A stretch of 64,000 nt of DNA. Origin: Callorhinchus milii. Taxonomy: Eukaryota. Of the stretch, positions 26,530 to 38,412 are shown one piece after another. Positions within the stretch are counted from its first letter, which is position 1, and the number at the start of each line of letters is the position of its first letter. Both the position numbers and the translations under genes were made by a program. Where the stretch lies: NCBI RefSeq assembly GCF_018977255.1, contig NW_024704742.1:56050001-56114000 (forward strand), read 5' to 3'. Under the pieces are notes generated by a model. The model worked only from the letters and a program-made list of their open reading frames with translations, did no database searches and was not told the DNA's origin.

Positions 26530-28141
26530 GTATAACTTTTTTACCAAGCTCAGTTATCAGTGTATTCTTAATTCTCAATATTTCTGTGTGTTACAAGTCT
26601 GTGATGCTGTCATATAAATCCAGTCAGAGTGCTGTTTATCCATTTAGCAGTATTTGGCATATATCATTTCTGTGCCTCAAAACTTGAATGCTGGGATATG
26701 ATTTGAAAAAAGCAGTTTTGCATAAAACAGCAGAGCTCTCGAATTGTGATCAGACTTTTCTATTATCCAACACATTACCCACTTGCCTTTTCCTCTGGGC
26801 TTGCATGATGAACACCCAAGAGATTTTGAAGAAGCACTAAAACAGTTTCCATACTTTCTTGACATATTCTGAGTCATCTGTACATGAAATGTTTGAGCTT
26901 TGTTATTGATCAACAACATTTCTCATTTGCTTCCCTTCAATTTGTCTCCCTCTGCTTCTCTCATTCTTCTGCATTATGAGTACACTGCACATTGGCTTGT
27001 TCACCCCGTTTCAAATAAAAATCCTTCTGAGATTTCTCTGAAATATCATCACTGAGCAGTGAGATTTGCTGGTGGTGTTGGAAATGAATCAAGAAAAAAT
27101 TGGGACAAAACCTTATTTTTCTGTTTCCTAAATTACTTCACAATGAAAATCCTGTAAAGCGCTTTGGGTCTACATGATTAGACTCTTTATCAAATCAATG
27201 ACTATTATTATATGTAAGCTAGAATTCTACTGAAATATTTGATCTTGGAGAACCAGAAACATGGATTGAAAATCTAGTTTGGATTTGAAAATGCAGATCA
27301 TCTTAATGGAGCACTGAATAATGTAGTCCTACCTTGTTCATTCTAAAAATATTCCACATATTCTATAAATAAATAATATATAGATTCTTTTCTCTTATGT
27401 ATGAAAAAATCATTTGATCTTGTAGTGACACATGTCCTGAATAGAGGTGTCATCTTGGCTCTGTTTCTAAGGCTGCCTGATAAGATTTGTATTTCATTGA
27501 CCAGCCCCTTTCTTATCGCTGTTTGTTGCTAACAGTGAATGGAGTTGGGAGGGCCGGAGCGCTTACAGTTCAAGCCTGAGCAAGGCCACAAATCTGCCAC
27601 AAAATGGCAACTTGAGTCAAGGTTGAATGCAAACTTGTTTCATTGATTTGTAAGCATTTATTTAAAAAAAAGGAAATGGAAATTGTATTTAGATAATATA
27701 AAAGTGAAGCCTTATTCAATCAGTGTGAATTCAAACATAAAAACCAGAATATCGGCAGCATGTATTAAAATTAGACTTAAATATTTACATGTCTACAGTC
27801 CCTCTATGGAAGCTATGGCCCTGTATTTCTGGAATACTTAAAATTGAAGAGCTTTAGCAGTTTGCAAAATTGAAAGTGGGAGTTGTATGGATTCAATTGT
27901 TTCATTCAATTGCTGAAGGAAAATCTCACAGTGCTCTTTCAAATACAACTTTAAGCAATTATCCCTATTCTGGAAAACAGCACTTAACTGCTCTTTAAAA
28001 TGTAGATATGTAGCAAGCAGGCTTTTCAATATTTGTTGTAAGCAAATACGTGGAATGTTTGTGTAAACAATTCTTTTAAAATCTTGATGCTTTAATATTC
28101 CATGTTTTCTTCCTCCCTTTTCTGCTTTTTGCCATCTAAAG

Positions 28142-28177
28142 AACCTTTTGCGGGTCATGACCTCAGGAATCCAAGAG
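28142..28177 (+). CDS. FAT1: FAT1 alternative 36-nt (+12) cassette exon (EPFAGHDLRNPR)
   Basis: Long pyrimidine tract with TGC motifs, AAG acceptor, phase 1-1, donor GAG|GTGACT, TGCATG at 28190-28195; resembles mammalian FAT1(+12) ESLAAPDLSKPR as I recall it. Confidence 0.88.
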
Positions 28178-28763
28178 GTGACTTTTGACTGCATGCCTTC
28201 TGTTATTCTTCCAAACTCACTTGATGCTGTTTGCTAATCTGTCACTTTAACCTTCACTGCAAGTTAACATGCATATCTGCAAGAAAGTTACAAGTGTTAA
28301 TCTTTCATTCACGTGCCCAGTGTGTCATTAATATGTGGGGTAGACAATATAAAAGTTAAGCCTTATTCAAGCAGTGTGAATTCAAACACAAAAACCAGAA
28401 TATCAGCAGCATGTAATAGGAAAGCACATGTTGAATTGAATTTACAATATATCCAGTATAATATTTCCTATTCGTTTAAAAACTAGTAAATGTTTTCCAC
28501 AGCTGAGTGTGCCAACTGGCAGTTGACATGCTTTTAAAATTTTCATTTGAAAGTGTGTAATACTTTTTGCCTCTGAAATTGGTAATAGGGAGGATATTGC
28601 CCACCCCAGTGGTGTCCTGTTGCATCTGTAAAGCGTTCAGTCAGCACTAACATACACTACCTTTATTCAGATTGCTTTTATTGTACTTGTGATCTTCATC
28701 AATACAAAGCTTAAGTTCGATCTGGGAAATTCTAATGTGTGTTCTTCCTTTTCTATACAACAG

Positions 28764-29395
28764 CATATCACTGGGATACATCTGATTGGATGCCTAGCAT
28801 TCAGCTACCAGGTATCCAGGAGTTCCCCCAATATGAGGTAGTAGAAAACCCAGCCCCACTTTATTCAGATCCTAACACCATCGACACAGACTACTACCCT
28901 GGAGGATATGACATTGAAAGTGATTTTCCGCCTCCTCCGGATGATTTCTCAATTCATGATGAGCTCCCACCTTTGCCACCAGAGTACAATGACCAGTTTG
29001 AGTCCATACAGCCTCCTCGGGATATGCCCACTGCTGGAAGCCAGAGTTCAGCAGCACAAAACAGGCAACGTTTCAACATGAATCAATATCTACCCCATCA
29101 CCACTATTCAGCCGATCTCTCGGAACCTCAGATTGCAATCCCTGTTGGAAGCAGTTACAGGGGGGACTACCCACCCTACACGTTAACATACAATGGTGAC
29201 TTTGAACCACCTAGTGTGGACAACATGTCTATGTCTGTGTATACATCCACAACCGCCTCTTGCTCTGATGTTTCAGCATGCTGTGAAATGGAAGAATCCG
29301 AAGTCATGATGAGTGACTATGAAAGTGGGGATGAAGGCCACTTTGAAGACGTGACTATTCCTCCACTGGATTCTCAGCAGCACACAGAAGTCTGA
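28764..29395 (+). CDS. FAT1: FAT1 terminal coding exon
   Basis: caacag|AYHWDTSDWMP...ESDFPPPPDDF (EVH1 ligand)...LDSQQHTEV-TGA; the HTEV PDZ-binding end is characteristic of FAT1. Confidence 0.97.
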
Positions 29396-30319
29396 TGGTG
29401 TAAGAAAAAATTAAAGTGCCTGAGCTTTAACTGAACTGCTCCCTGCTACAAGCTTCTATAATTCACCTGTACTCACTGTTGGTTTGCCAAGCTTTGTTGA
29501 TGAGCTGATTTCAGCATGGCTGGAGTAGATCATACAGCATGTTCCAACACATCAGCAGTTTTGTTCACCTGGACTACTAGAACTGGCAAACATATATTTA
29601 CATTGACTGTGCCATTTCAGAACATAGTTTTTGTATCAATATCAATGTGCAAAGTATGGAAGGATTTTAATATTTGGCATTATAGCAGCAAAACACCTTT
29701 TCAGTGTGGTATCTTGGTCTGTATTTATATAGTTCTAATAATACAGAGGTTAATTTCTTAAAGATTCTTTCCTCCCCATCCAGTCCTGCAGTTTTTTCTT
29801 TCTGTAAATGTAATGTACAGTTCTGATTTAAATAGTTCAAACTAGGTTTTGTAGATATTTTGTGCATTTGTTTCCCAAATTTTAGTGCTGTTCAAGTGTG
29901 TTACTACTTGCTTCGACACTGATGTACCCTGACAATTATGTACAAACTACTGATCGGGGTTTTATTCTTAAATTTATTCTTTCCACTGAATTTAAACATT
30001 TCACCAAACGTACCAAAATGCAAACCTGGTATGAATGAAGTTTTCGTTTGCTATGTTGTTTGGGTCTGAATACATGAACATGTCTTAACAGTGACATTTT
30101 TAATTGTAAATTGTGTGGATTTATTTTTCATTAAAAGGGGACCCACTGAATTTTTAGAACCAAAACTTTGCATAACTTGACAAAGACTTTCTAAAGTTCT
30201 CTTTATGTGATGCAATGGTCCTGAAAGTTTTTTTTAATGAAACTGCCATTCGCATACACTTACTTTCGCATTGATAATAAATTGTGGAAAACTAACTGCC
30301 TTTTGGTGTTTTTCTGTGA

Positions 30320-30325
30320 AATAAA
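30320..30325 (+). terminator. Probable FAT1 polyadenylation signal; 3' UTR about 29396-30340
   Basis: AATAAA after a U-rich stretch, about 0.93 kb past the stop and at the start of repeat-rich DNA. Confidence 0.65.
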
Positions 30326-30332
30326 ATTAAAT

Positions 30333-30478
30333 AGAGGACCTGGGTTCAATTTTCAGGCGGTATGAAACGTTAGGCAAGTTTCCTCACACGCATCTGTTTA
30401 CCTAGCAGTAAGTAGGAATCTAGTTGTTAGTGGGTTGGTGATTGCTTTTCTGGGCGTAATAATCCCTTCAAAAAAAAA
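30333..30478 (+). mobile_element. SINE family A fragment
   Basis: AGAGGACCTGGGTTCAAT...GGCAAGTTTCC...CTGTTTACCTAGCAGTAAGTAGG. Confidence 0.75.
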
Positions 30479-31224
30479 TCTACACAAAAAGATTGCAGGG
30501 TGGGAAAACTGCAACCTTTACCTATGTGCAAGTTTACTGACTTAAACGATTGAGTGGTTCTTAGACTGATCCCCGATCACTGCTAAATTTACCAACTGTG
30601 GCAAGTGAGCTCACCGTACTCCTGCTGTTTGCTACACTTACCAACCTTAGTTGGAGATTATTTTCCTCTTCGTAAATTCAGACATCAAGCTTGGAGAATT
30701 TGCCAACCATTACAGAATCACTACCATTATCCTTGGGGTATGTCACACAAGCAACTGAGACTGGTGCACTGAGCTCCTATATCTAGATTAGAGATTCCTT
30801 ACATTTTGTCATTACACTAAGATTTACTTGGTTTAATATTTTTATCAGCTTTTTCAACAGTTTTAAAGGTCTACAGCAAAAAAATTTCTTAAAGGTGCTT
30901 ACACGTGCTGAGAATGTAGAGTGGAGCCTCGTTATGAGGCGTTAGTTGCCAAACCACATTATAACAGATTTGCGATAGCCAGTTTCACTGCACATCTGTG
31001 ACTTGCCTACTTCAGTTCCTGTGCTGCAGGAAAACGGCCAACCTCTGCGTTATCAGGTTGCCACTGACATCACTTCTTGTGAATGCACATGTGCAGTACA
31101 CAGGAAGTGATATCGGCGGTGACCTAATAACCTGAAAGTTGGCCATTTTTAGCACGGCAACAGCTCTGTATGTGGAACCCAAGCCATCCAGCCAACCATA
31201 TAGGCATAGTGAATGCGGTCCAAA

Positions 31225-31510
31225 ACACAATACAGTCAATCCACTTTACACTATTATCAAAAGAAAATCTGGACACCATCCATGACTGTTTGTGGGACGC
31301 TGCTGTGTGCAATTGGCTGCCGCATTTTGCCCACAAAATATAGTCAATTCACTTTACAGTATATGTGTGTTGTGCTTTGAGACGTCTCAATGATGTGATA
31401 AGGTGCTATATCAAATGCAAGGATTATTGATATACCCTGTGAAGCGCTTTGAGACGACTCAATGACGTGATAAGGCGCTATATCAAATGCAAGGATTTTT
31501 CTTATTATTA
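31225..31510 (+). mobile_element. SINE family A 3' part with duplicated tail
   Basis: Two successive GAGACG...GCTATATCAAATGCAAGGATT tails. Confidence 0.75.
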
Positions 31511-32499
31511 AAACCTACTTCTGCTATAAATGAATCGAGGCTACCATGAAGCACGTTATGGACCTGGAGTAGTCACTGGCTGCTCTGGAGGACCATGCTC
31601 CAGTGATCATTCATCATCTGAAAAGTTTAGACTTCATATTGGTAGGGCATTTGAAATGTCAGATGCATCCATCATAGATATACGGATTGCAGTCTACAAC
31701 TAAATAGTTCACAGTTCTCAGGAGTGATTACCTGATAGGGGTCAGCAACAGAAATCCTTTTTGAGTGTGCATCCTTCATCCAAAACTGGAATTTAACCGT
31801 AACACCATCTCTCAATCAACTGATCTTGCTTCTTAGTGATCTGCAGAGCTCAACACAATACTGAGGCCATCATTTCCATCACTGTTCAGTTTACTGGCCA
31901 GAAAATAGGTACAGGGAGTAGAAAGATACATTTGTTAAGGTGGAGTTGGATGTATTTAAAATAACAGCCCTGAAAGTATAACATTAGTATGGGGAAAACA
32001 ACAACAATTTCCATTTATATCGCATCCTTCTTGTAGGATAATGTCTTGAAGCAATTCACAGGGGTGCCAAGCAATTGGGAGGTGGCTACAAGTGTGTTCA
32101 AGGAGATTAGATCAGAGACTTAAAGGCAGAACGAGAAGGGACAGGAGGGAGGGAATTCCAATGGTGAAGAGGATAAGAATTGAAGACATAGCCACCGGTA
32201 CTCTGATACTGGAACTCAGAGGGACCTTATGAAGATGTATAATATTTAAAAAACGCAATTGCAAAGTAAACCCCAAATAATATTTTAGGCTGTGCCAAGA
32301 CAGTAGAACAAGACAATGCAGATTTAGTTTTTCTTTACCCAAAGGGTAATTAACAATTGGAACAGGTTGTTGGAAAGGCTGGTTGGGGTCAGGTCACTCG
32401 ACTCTTTGAAAAATAGCTTGGTGCAAGAGAAGGCTTGACCTTCACAATCAGGCGAGCAGAATGGAGAGCGTCTGGTGAGCTGACACTGCAGCTCATATC

Positions 32500-33490
32500 C
32501 TCTCCCACACCAGGCTCCGCGAGCCTACCACCCTCATCCTCATCCGGCTCCACTGGTTCCCCATCTCCCAGAGAATTGATTTCAAGACTTGCTCCTCACT
32601 TTTAAATCCATCCAGACTTGCCCCACCCTTCCCTCTGAAACTCTGCTAACACGCCCGCTCCCTCCGCTCAGCAGGTACTGGTCTGCTTCATATACCCCAC
32701 ACTGCCCACCCCACCATCAGCAGTCGGGCCTTCAACCTTTCTACCCCTACTCTCTGAAACAACCCCATCCTGGAGTCCCTCCATCTCACCGCTTCCCTCG
32801 ACTTCCTTTAAGGCCCATCTTCCTATTTAACTGCGCCTTCGATCATCTTTGTTTAAAAGAGTTAATGAAACTTCTGGAGCGTTTTTTCTGTTCAAAATAA
32901 TGCCATGGATCTTTAACATCCCCCGGAACAGGCAGATGGGACCTCAGTTTAACACTTCACCCAAAAGATAGAATCTCTGACAATGCAATACTCCCCCAAC
33001 ATTGCACTGGCATGTCAGCCAAGTCTGGATACAAATGCCCAACCCAGGGCTTGAACCCAAAACTTCCAACAGAGGTGAGAGTGCTACTGAGATCATCCAG
33101 AACTCTGCAGCACGTGTCCTCTCCCGCAACAGGCACATTCCACCCACCCTCGCCCGGCTCCACTGGCTCCCCATTCCTCAGGTGATCAAGTTCAAAATTC
33201 TCGTCTTCACCTCCATGGCTTTGCCTCCTCCTACGCTCCAACCTGCTAACCCCATATCGACCTGTCCATTTCCGTCGCTCAGCAGACTGTGGCCTGCTTC
33301 ATATCCCCTGCCCAGCCCACACCACCATCAATGGTCGGGCCTTCAGCTTCTCTGCCCCCACCCTCTGGAACTCCATCCCACATTCCCTTTGCCTCGCTCC
33401 TCCCTTGCCTCCTTTAAGACAGGCCTCAAGACTCTCCTCTTCGACCATGCCTTCGGCCACCACCCTGCCCTCTCTGCCCTCCACCTTCCC
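32500..33490 (+). mobile_element. Two L2 3' fragments flanking an antisense older SINE (about 32895-33090)
   Basis: IQNSAARVLSR...HIPPTLARLHWLPIPQVIKFKIL (L2 ORF2 C-terminus); central segment is an antisense tRNA-headed SINE (GGGCTTGAACCC...AGAGGTGAGAGTGCTAC). Confidence 0.75.
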
Positions 33491-34189
33491 TGTCCCATGT
33501 TCAGCCCTTATGCAACTGTATCTTTATGTATGCAAGTTGTCCTGGAATAGCATAGTCCTCTTATCTTTCCAATTTCTAACCTCTAAATAAAGCCACGCAA
33601 AATCATAAAATCGTAATATACCTTAAGTCATAGACTATACAATAATATGTATTGGACAGATTTGATCCTGTATTGCTTAACGTCTTTAACATATGTGTGT
33701 GTGATGCAAAACATAAAAACACTTGATTAAACTATAGGTAAGAAAGTAGTAATGTTATGTTGGGAATATTTCAAGTAAAGGGGAGGAGATACAGTTGCAG
33801 TTGCAGAGAGGGGAATCCCCTGTTGTAGAGCTCCACCTAGAGGTGCAGTTGGTGTAGCTGGTACTATTCTCTTGAAGGGAAACTGAATAACAAAATGAGG
33901 GTTTGTGTGAAATAAATATATCTTACCAGCTAACTGAAGATCATTCCTTATGTTAGCTCCAAGAATTGTGGGAAAGAGGGAGTCCTTTATTTTTCACCCA
34001 TTTTGTTAAAAACACTTGAAGGGCACTATATCAATGCAAGTTGTTAGTTTTTTTTGTTCCTACCTCTTCAAATTGTAATAATTTTCCTTTCTATTCCACA
34101 GATCTCCAGTGAATCTGGACTGGATGTAAGGGATGTTATTTGGATATTCGTTTTGAAAGTCATGGAATAAATTGAATTGTTGCCGCAAT

Positions 34190-34432
34190 GTAACTCCGCC
34201 TTTCACATTGGGAGGACGTCCCAAGGCGCTGAACAGTCAAGGGTTTGCACCCGAGCAAGGAGTTGATATCAAGAGAGGGTGGAAGGCAAGAGGGATGAGG
34301 GTTGGATGATGTCCGAAGGCATGGTCAAAGATAAAGGTCTTAAGACGGGCCTTGAAGGAGCTAAGCGGGTGAGGGAGAGGGATTCCGGGATGGAGTTTCA
34401 GAGGGTCAGGGACAGAAAGCTTGAAGGCCTGC
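34190..34432 (-). mobile_element. L2 3' fragment
   Basis: Reverse complement of the L2 3' UTR (GGGAGGACGTCCCAAGGCGCT); FKARLKTFIFDHAF on the minus strand. Confidence 0.7.
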
Positions 34433-35186
34433 CAATAGAAGGACATCTCAAAGCACTTCATAGGATTTACTGGAAAGTGTACTGTACGCAAAAGCGGTGG
34501 CTAATCTGAGCGCAGAAATGTACCACAAACAGCCATGAAGTGAATTATTTGGGGGAATTGTTGGCCAGAACTCTGGGAGAAACTCCTTTCTCTTTTAAAC
34601 ATATGCACCAGTATTCCTTGCACATACGCAAGGCGCTTATTCGATCAACTCACATCTTAATGGCTGAAATATATCATCAGCTAGTAGAAATTCCTCTGGA
34701 TCGAGGTGTATTTATTTATGCAGCATTGCAGAACATCCAGAATTTGACAAATTCTTAAATACAGTCTTAATTTTGAAACCCATTTTCCAAATTCTAGTCA
34801 CTCTAAGATGCTAGATAAATTACAGGCAATCTAGACCCAGGTGGCATTTCAAGGTCTTATAGAATATAGAATAATAAAAAGTTTAGGCATAGAATAAGAT
34901 AATTTAACCCATTGGGCCTGTTATGGTACTTGAGTCGTATCTACTCTAATTCCATTCTCCTAATTTTACACCTATTATTTTTATTTTCTTCAAGTATTTA
35001 TCAATTTCTCTTTTAAATGCTGTTATGGACTTGCCCTTGGCTTGGGAGTGTAGTGTAGTGTGCAAATTGGCTTCCATGTTTATTTAGAAAACACAAAGTC
35101 ACTACACATTGGAACTAGATAAGCATCTAAAAAGTAAATTAGAGGGGTATGGGGAACTGGCAGCCAAATAGGACTGAAAGGAAAGG

Positions 35187-35660
35187 ATAATAATAATCCT
35201 TGCATTTGATAGAGCCCTTTTCACATCTTCTAGACATCTCAAAGCGCTTCACAGAATATACTGTAAAGTGAATTGACTGTATATTTATGGCCAAAACACG
35301 GCAGCCAATTGGGAAGGCAGTGTCCCACAAACAGATGTGGATTGAAGTAACCAATTTTATTATTGTTTTTTTCTTGAGGGATTATTATTAGGAGTGTGGA
35401 GTAAGGAAACTTGCCTAAGGTTTCGCCCTGCTGAGAATTGAATCCAGGTCTCTTGCTTGCGAGGCGAGTGTTCTAACCACTGAGCTGAAGGTTAGTGAGC
35501 CAGCACAGATATGATAATAATAATAATAATGATAATAATAATAATCCTTGCATTTCATATAGTGCCTTATCATGTCATTGCGACATCTCAAAGCAGTTGA
35601 CAAAATGTATTGTAAAGTGGATTGACTGTGTATTTTGTGGGTGAAACGCGCCAACCAGTT
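35187..35660 (-). mobile_element. Full SINE A (about 35187-35486) plus adjacent 3' fragment (about 35513-35660)
   Basis: Antisense tail, body and tRNA head (CTAACCACTGAGCT). Confidence 0.85.
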
Positions 35661-37289
35661 TAACAATGGGCTTATTGGCTTTGTTCTTTGCTATAAATTT
35701 CTATAGTTCTACATTATAATAAATCAAGTGAAGCATTTTGCGACGTCCTCCCTATATGAAAGGCAGTATGTTAAATGGAAGGATTATTATTATGATTGTA
35801 TTCATCAACCACAAGAATAATTGCACTGATGATGGGTGACCAGTAAGCAGTGCACAATGTCTGGGCTTGGGATCTAGATATGGAGCTCTGCCTGTCCTAA
35901 TGTGATCAAGCAGTGAAAATGTGGCTTCCACCCACATCACTGTGAAACTACAGCCCACAATGTGTTATTCAGTGCAGTATAAAAGTGACATTAATATACT
36001 GTTATGTTCCTTTTCACTGTTTCTCTGTTCGTGAACAGAACATGCTAGCATTGTGATTCTACATATTATAAACAATAACCCATTCTGAAGTATGTTTTAA
36101 GGCAGGCAGACATCTCAGGGTTGGAATGACATTAACAAACAATCGGTGATTTAATCTCACATGTCACAGTCTTAAAAAAAAGTGATGTTTCCTAATAGTT
36201 TTGACGTGATAATGTCCTTTGATGTTATCTCAGTCTTGAAACATGTTGTAAGAACATAAGAAATGCTAGACAAAAAAAGGACCAAGGTCCATTTAATTCG
36301 CCTTCCACCTTCCTGGTGGTCGCATGCACATATGTTCCAAACTACCTATGTACTGTATCCCGTAATGTTATTTCCTAAAAGAAAACTATCTAATCCGTGT
36401 TTGGAGGAATCAACATTTGCTGTTTCAACAGTCTCCCTAGGAGCCTGTTCAACATATTTACTAAGTTAACTGCTTTGGGAAATACAACACCCTTTGATGT
36501 TATTATTCACATTGGAGAGCATCATATATAGATCGATAACAATATTTTCACCGTATCTTTTAATGCTTTTTTCTGTTTTTTAGCAATCAACTCGGTTACT
36601 TAAAAACTAAGTGCTCTGAGACTCTACCCCAAGTGAAGAGTGCTCTAGGAATGCAAGTTGTTGTTGATTGTCAACTAAGCCATTGTTGAAATATGTATTT
36701 ATTTGCACAGTTAAAGGGATGGATTTCTGTTGCTTCTAAAATGTGCCCAAATAATGATGGAAAACAATGCTCACTCTCACCTATGCATCCTTACAGCACC
36801 AGCACCTTAGACTTACTTTGACCTTCTCCAACCTTACTCTTCTATTTGCCCCTTTGCTTACAAACTGCGTGTTTCCTCTCCCCCCTTCCCATTATCAGTG
36901 ACTGAGCCTTCAGCCACAATAGAACCACCCTCAAGGATTGCCTCCCTCAATGTTGTCTAAAGAAATTTGAAAACCTTCCTTTTCAATTGTGGCAATGGTC
37001 ATCTCCCTGCTCCATTATCTTCCTGCTCTGTGTCCAGGACTGTCTCTGTAAAGCACCTGATGTGGTGTCACTATGCTAATTCAAGTTGTTGTCGTTAAGT
37101 GTCACTGGTGATAATTATCACATCAAATATAGTTTTTTTTGACCCATCAACAACTAACTACAGTTAATTAGTCACAAGAGGAATTTAAATAAATGCATAA
37201 ATAATTCTTCATTTTATATGACACCTTTCATGTTGGGAGGACAACTGAAAGGGCTTACTTTAAAGTACAGCGACCGTCTATTTGTAGGC

Positions 37290-37610
37290 AAATGGTGTGG
37301 CCAATTTGCAAACAGCAATGTCCTATAAAAATTGCCATGAAGTGAATGACCAATTTCATCTGGGAAATGTGGGCCAGGGCACCAGCAGAAACTCCCTTCT
37401 TTTTTCTAATAGTGCAGTGGGATCTTTAACATCCACTTCAACAGGCGGATGGAGCCTTAGTTTGATGTTTCATCTCCAACAATGCAGCTCACTCTCAGCA
37501 CTGCAATGCAGTGTCAGCCCATTCCAGACGATTGTGAGTTCAAAGTCCTGAGGTGGGGTTTGAAATTCCAAACCTCTGACTCAGAGGTGACAACGCTACC
37601 AAGTGAACAA
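37290..37610 (-). mobile_element. Older tRNA-derived Deu-like SINE (family B); similar copies near 40270-40415(-), 42800-43120(-), 49370-49470(-), 53700-53880(+)
   Basis: Shared GGATCTTTAACATCCAC...ACAGGC(A/G)GATGG...TGACTCAGAGG...GCTACCAA motifs. Confidence 0.65.
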
Positions 37611-38047
37611 GGTCATTTTGACATATTTAATATTTAATACACATATTTAATACACAGATGCTATGGTTTCCATTAAAATCACATGAAATGTTCTTGCAAT
37701 TCAGTGAAATGATAAGGCACTATATCAAATTTAGGAATTATTTAATATTTAATATTTCAAGCAACTTCATTGGTGCTGTTATAGTAATGAAAGAAATTGT
37801 TTCTTACTGACTTATACCACAAGGTGTCCCCATTGCTTTGTTAAGAGAATGAAAGTTAGAGGGTGTAGTTTGAATCCTGCTTTTACATCAAGCACATCAG
37901 TACATGAATATTTGTCTTTCAATAGGTCTCTCCTACTCCTGCACTTTTCACAATTTCACCCTTTTATACCACACTTGGGCATTCCAGTGGCACCACACAT
38001 TTCCACTTGAAACAGGTATCATGAATCTTTCCACACTTATCATAAAA

Positions 38048-38412
38048 ATAATAATAATCCTTGCATTTGTTATAAATCCTTGTCACATCTGCTAGACGTC
38101 TCAAAGCGCTTCACAGAATACGCTCTAAAGTGGATTGACTGCATACTTTGTGGGCAGCCAATTGCGCACAGCAATGTGCCATAAAGCAGTCATGAATTGA
38201 GTTTTTGAAAATAATTTTTTGGGAGGTATTATTACCCCCGGAAAAGAGATCCGCCATTCGATTAATAAAAGGGTTCTTACTTACTGCTAGGTAATCAGAG
38301 GCGCGTGGATTAAGGAAGCTTGCATTAAGTTTCACCCTGCCCGGAGCTCAAACCCAGGCCCTGGTCCTCTCGTTTGCAGCTGAGTGCTCTAACCACTATG
38401 CTCCAAGACTCC
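38048..38412 (-). mobile_element. SINE family A, full length
   Basis: Antisense tail through tRNA head (GAGTGCTCTAACCACT). Confidence 0.8.

Noticed and set aside
1..29395. Assignment as FAT2 or FAT3 (and receptor as MTNR1B)
   Set aside because: The HTEV C-terminus, KVVDLDPCLSKK and the +12-type cassette fit FAT1.
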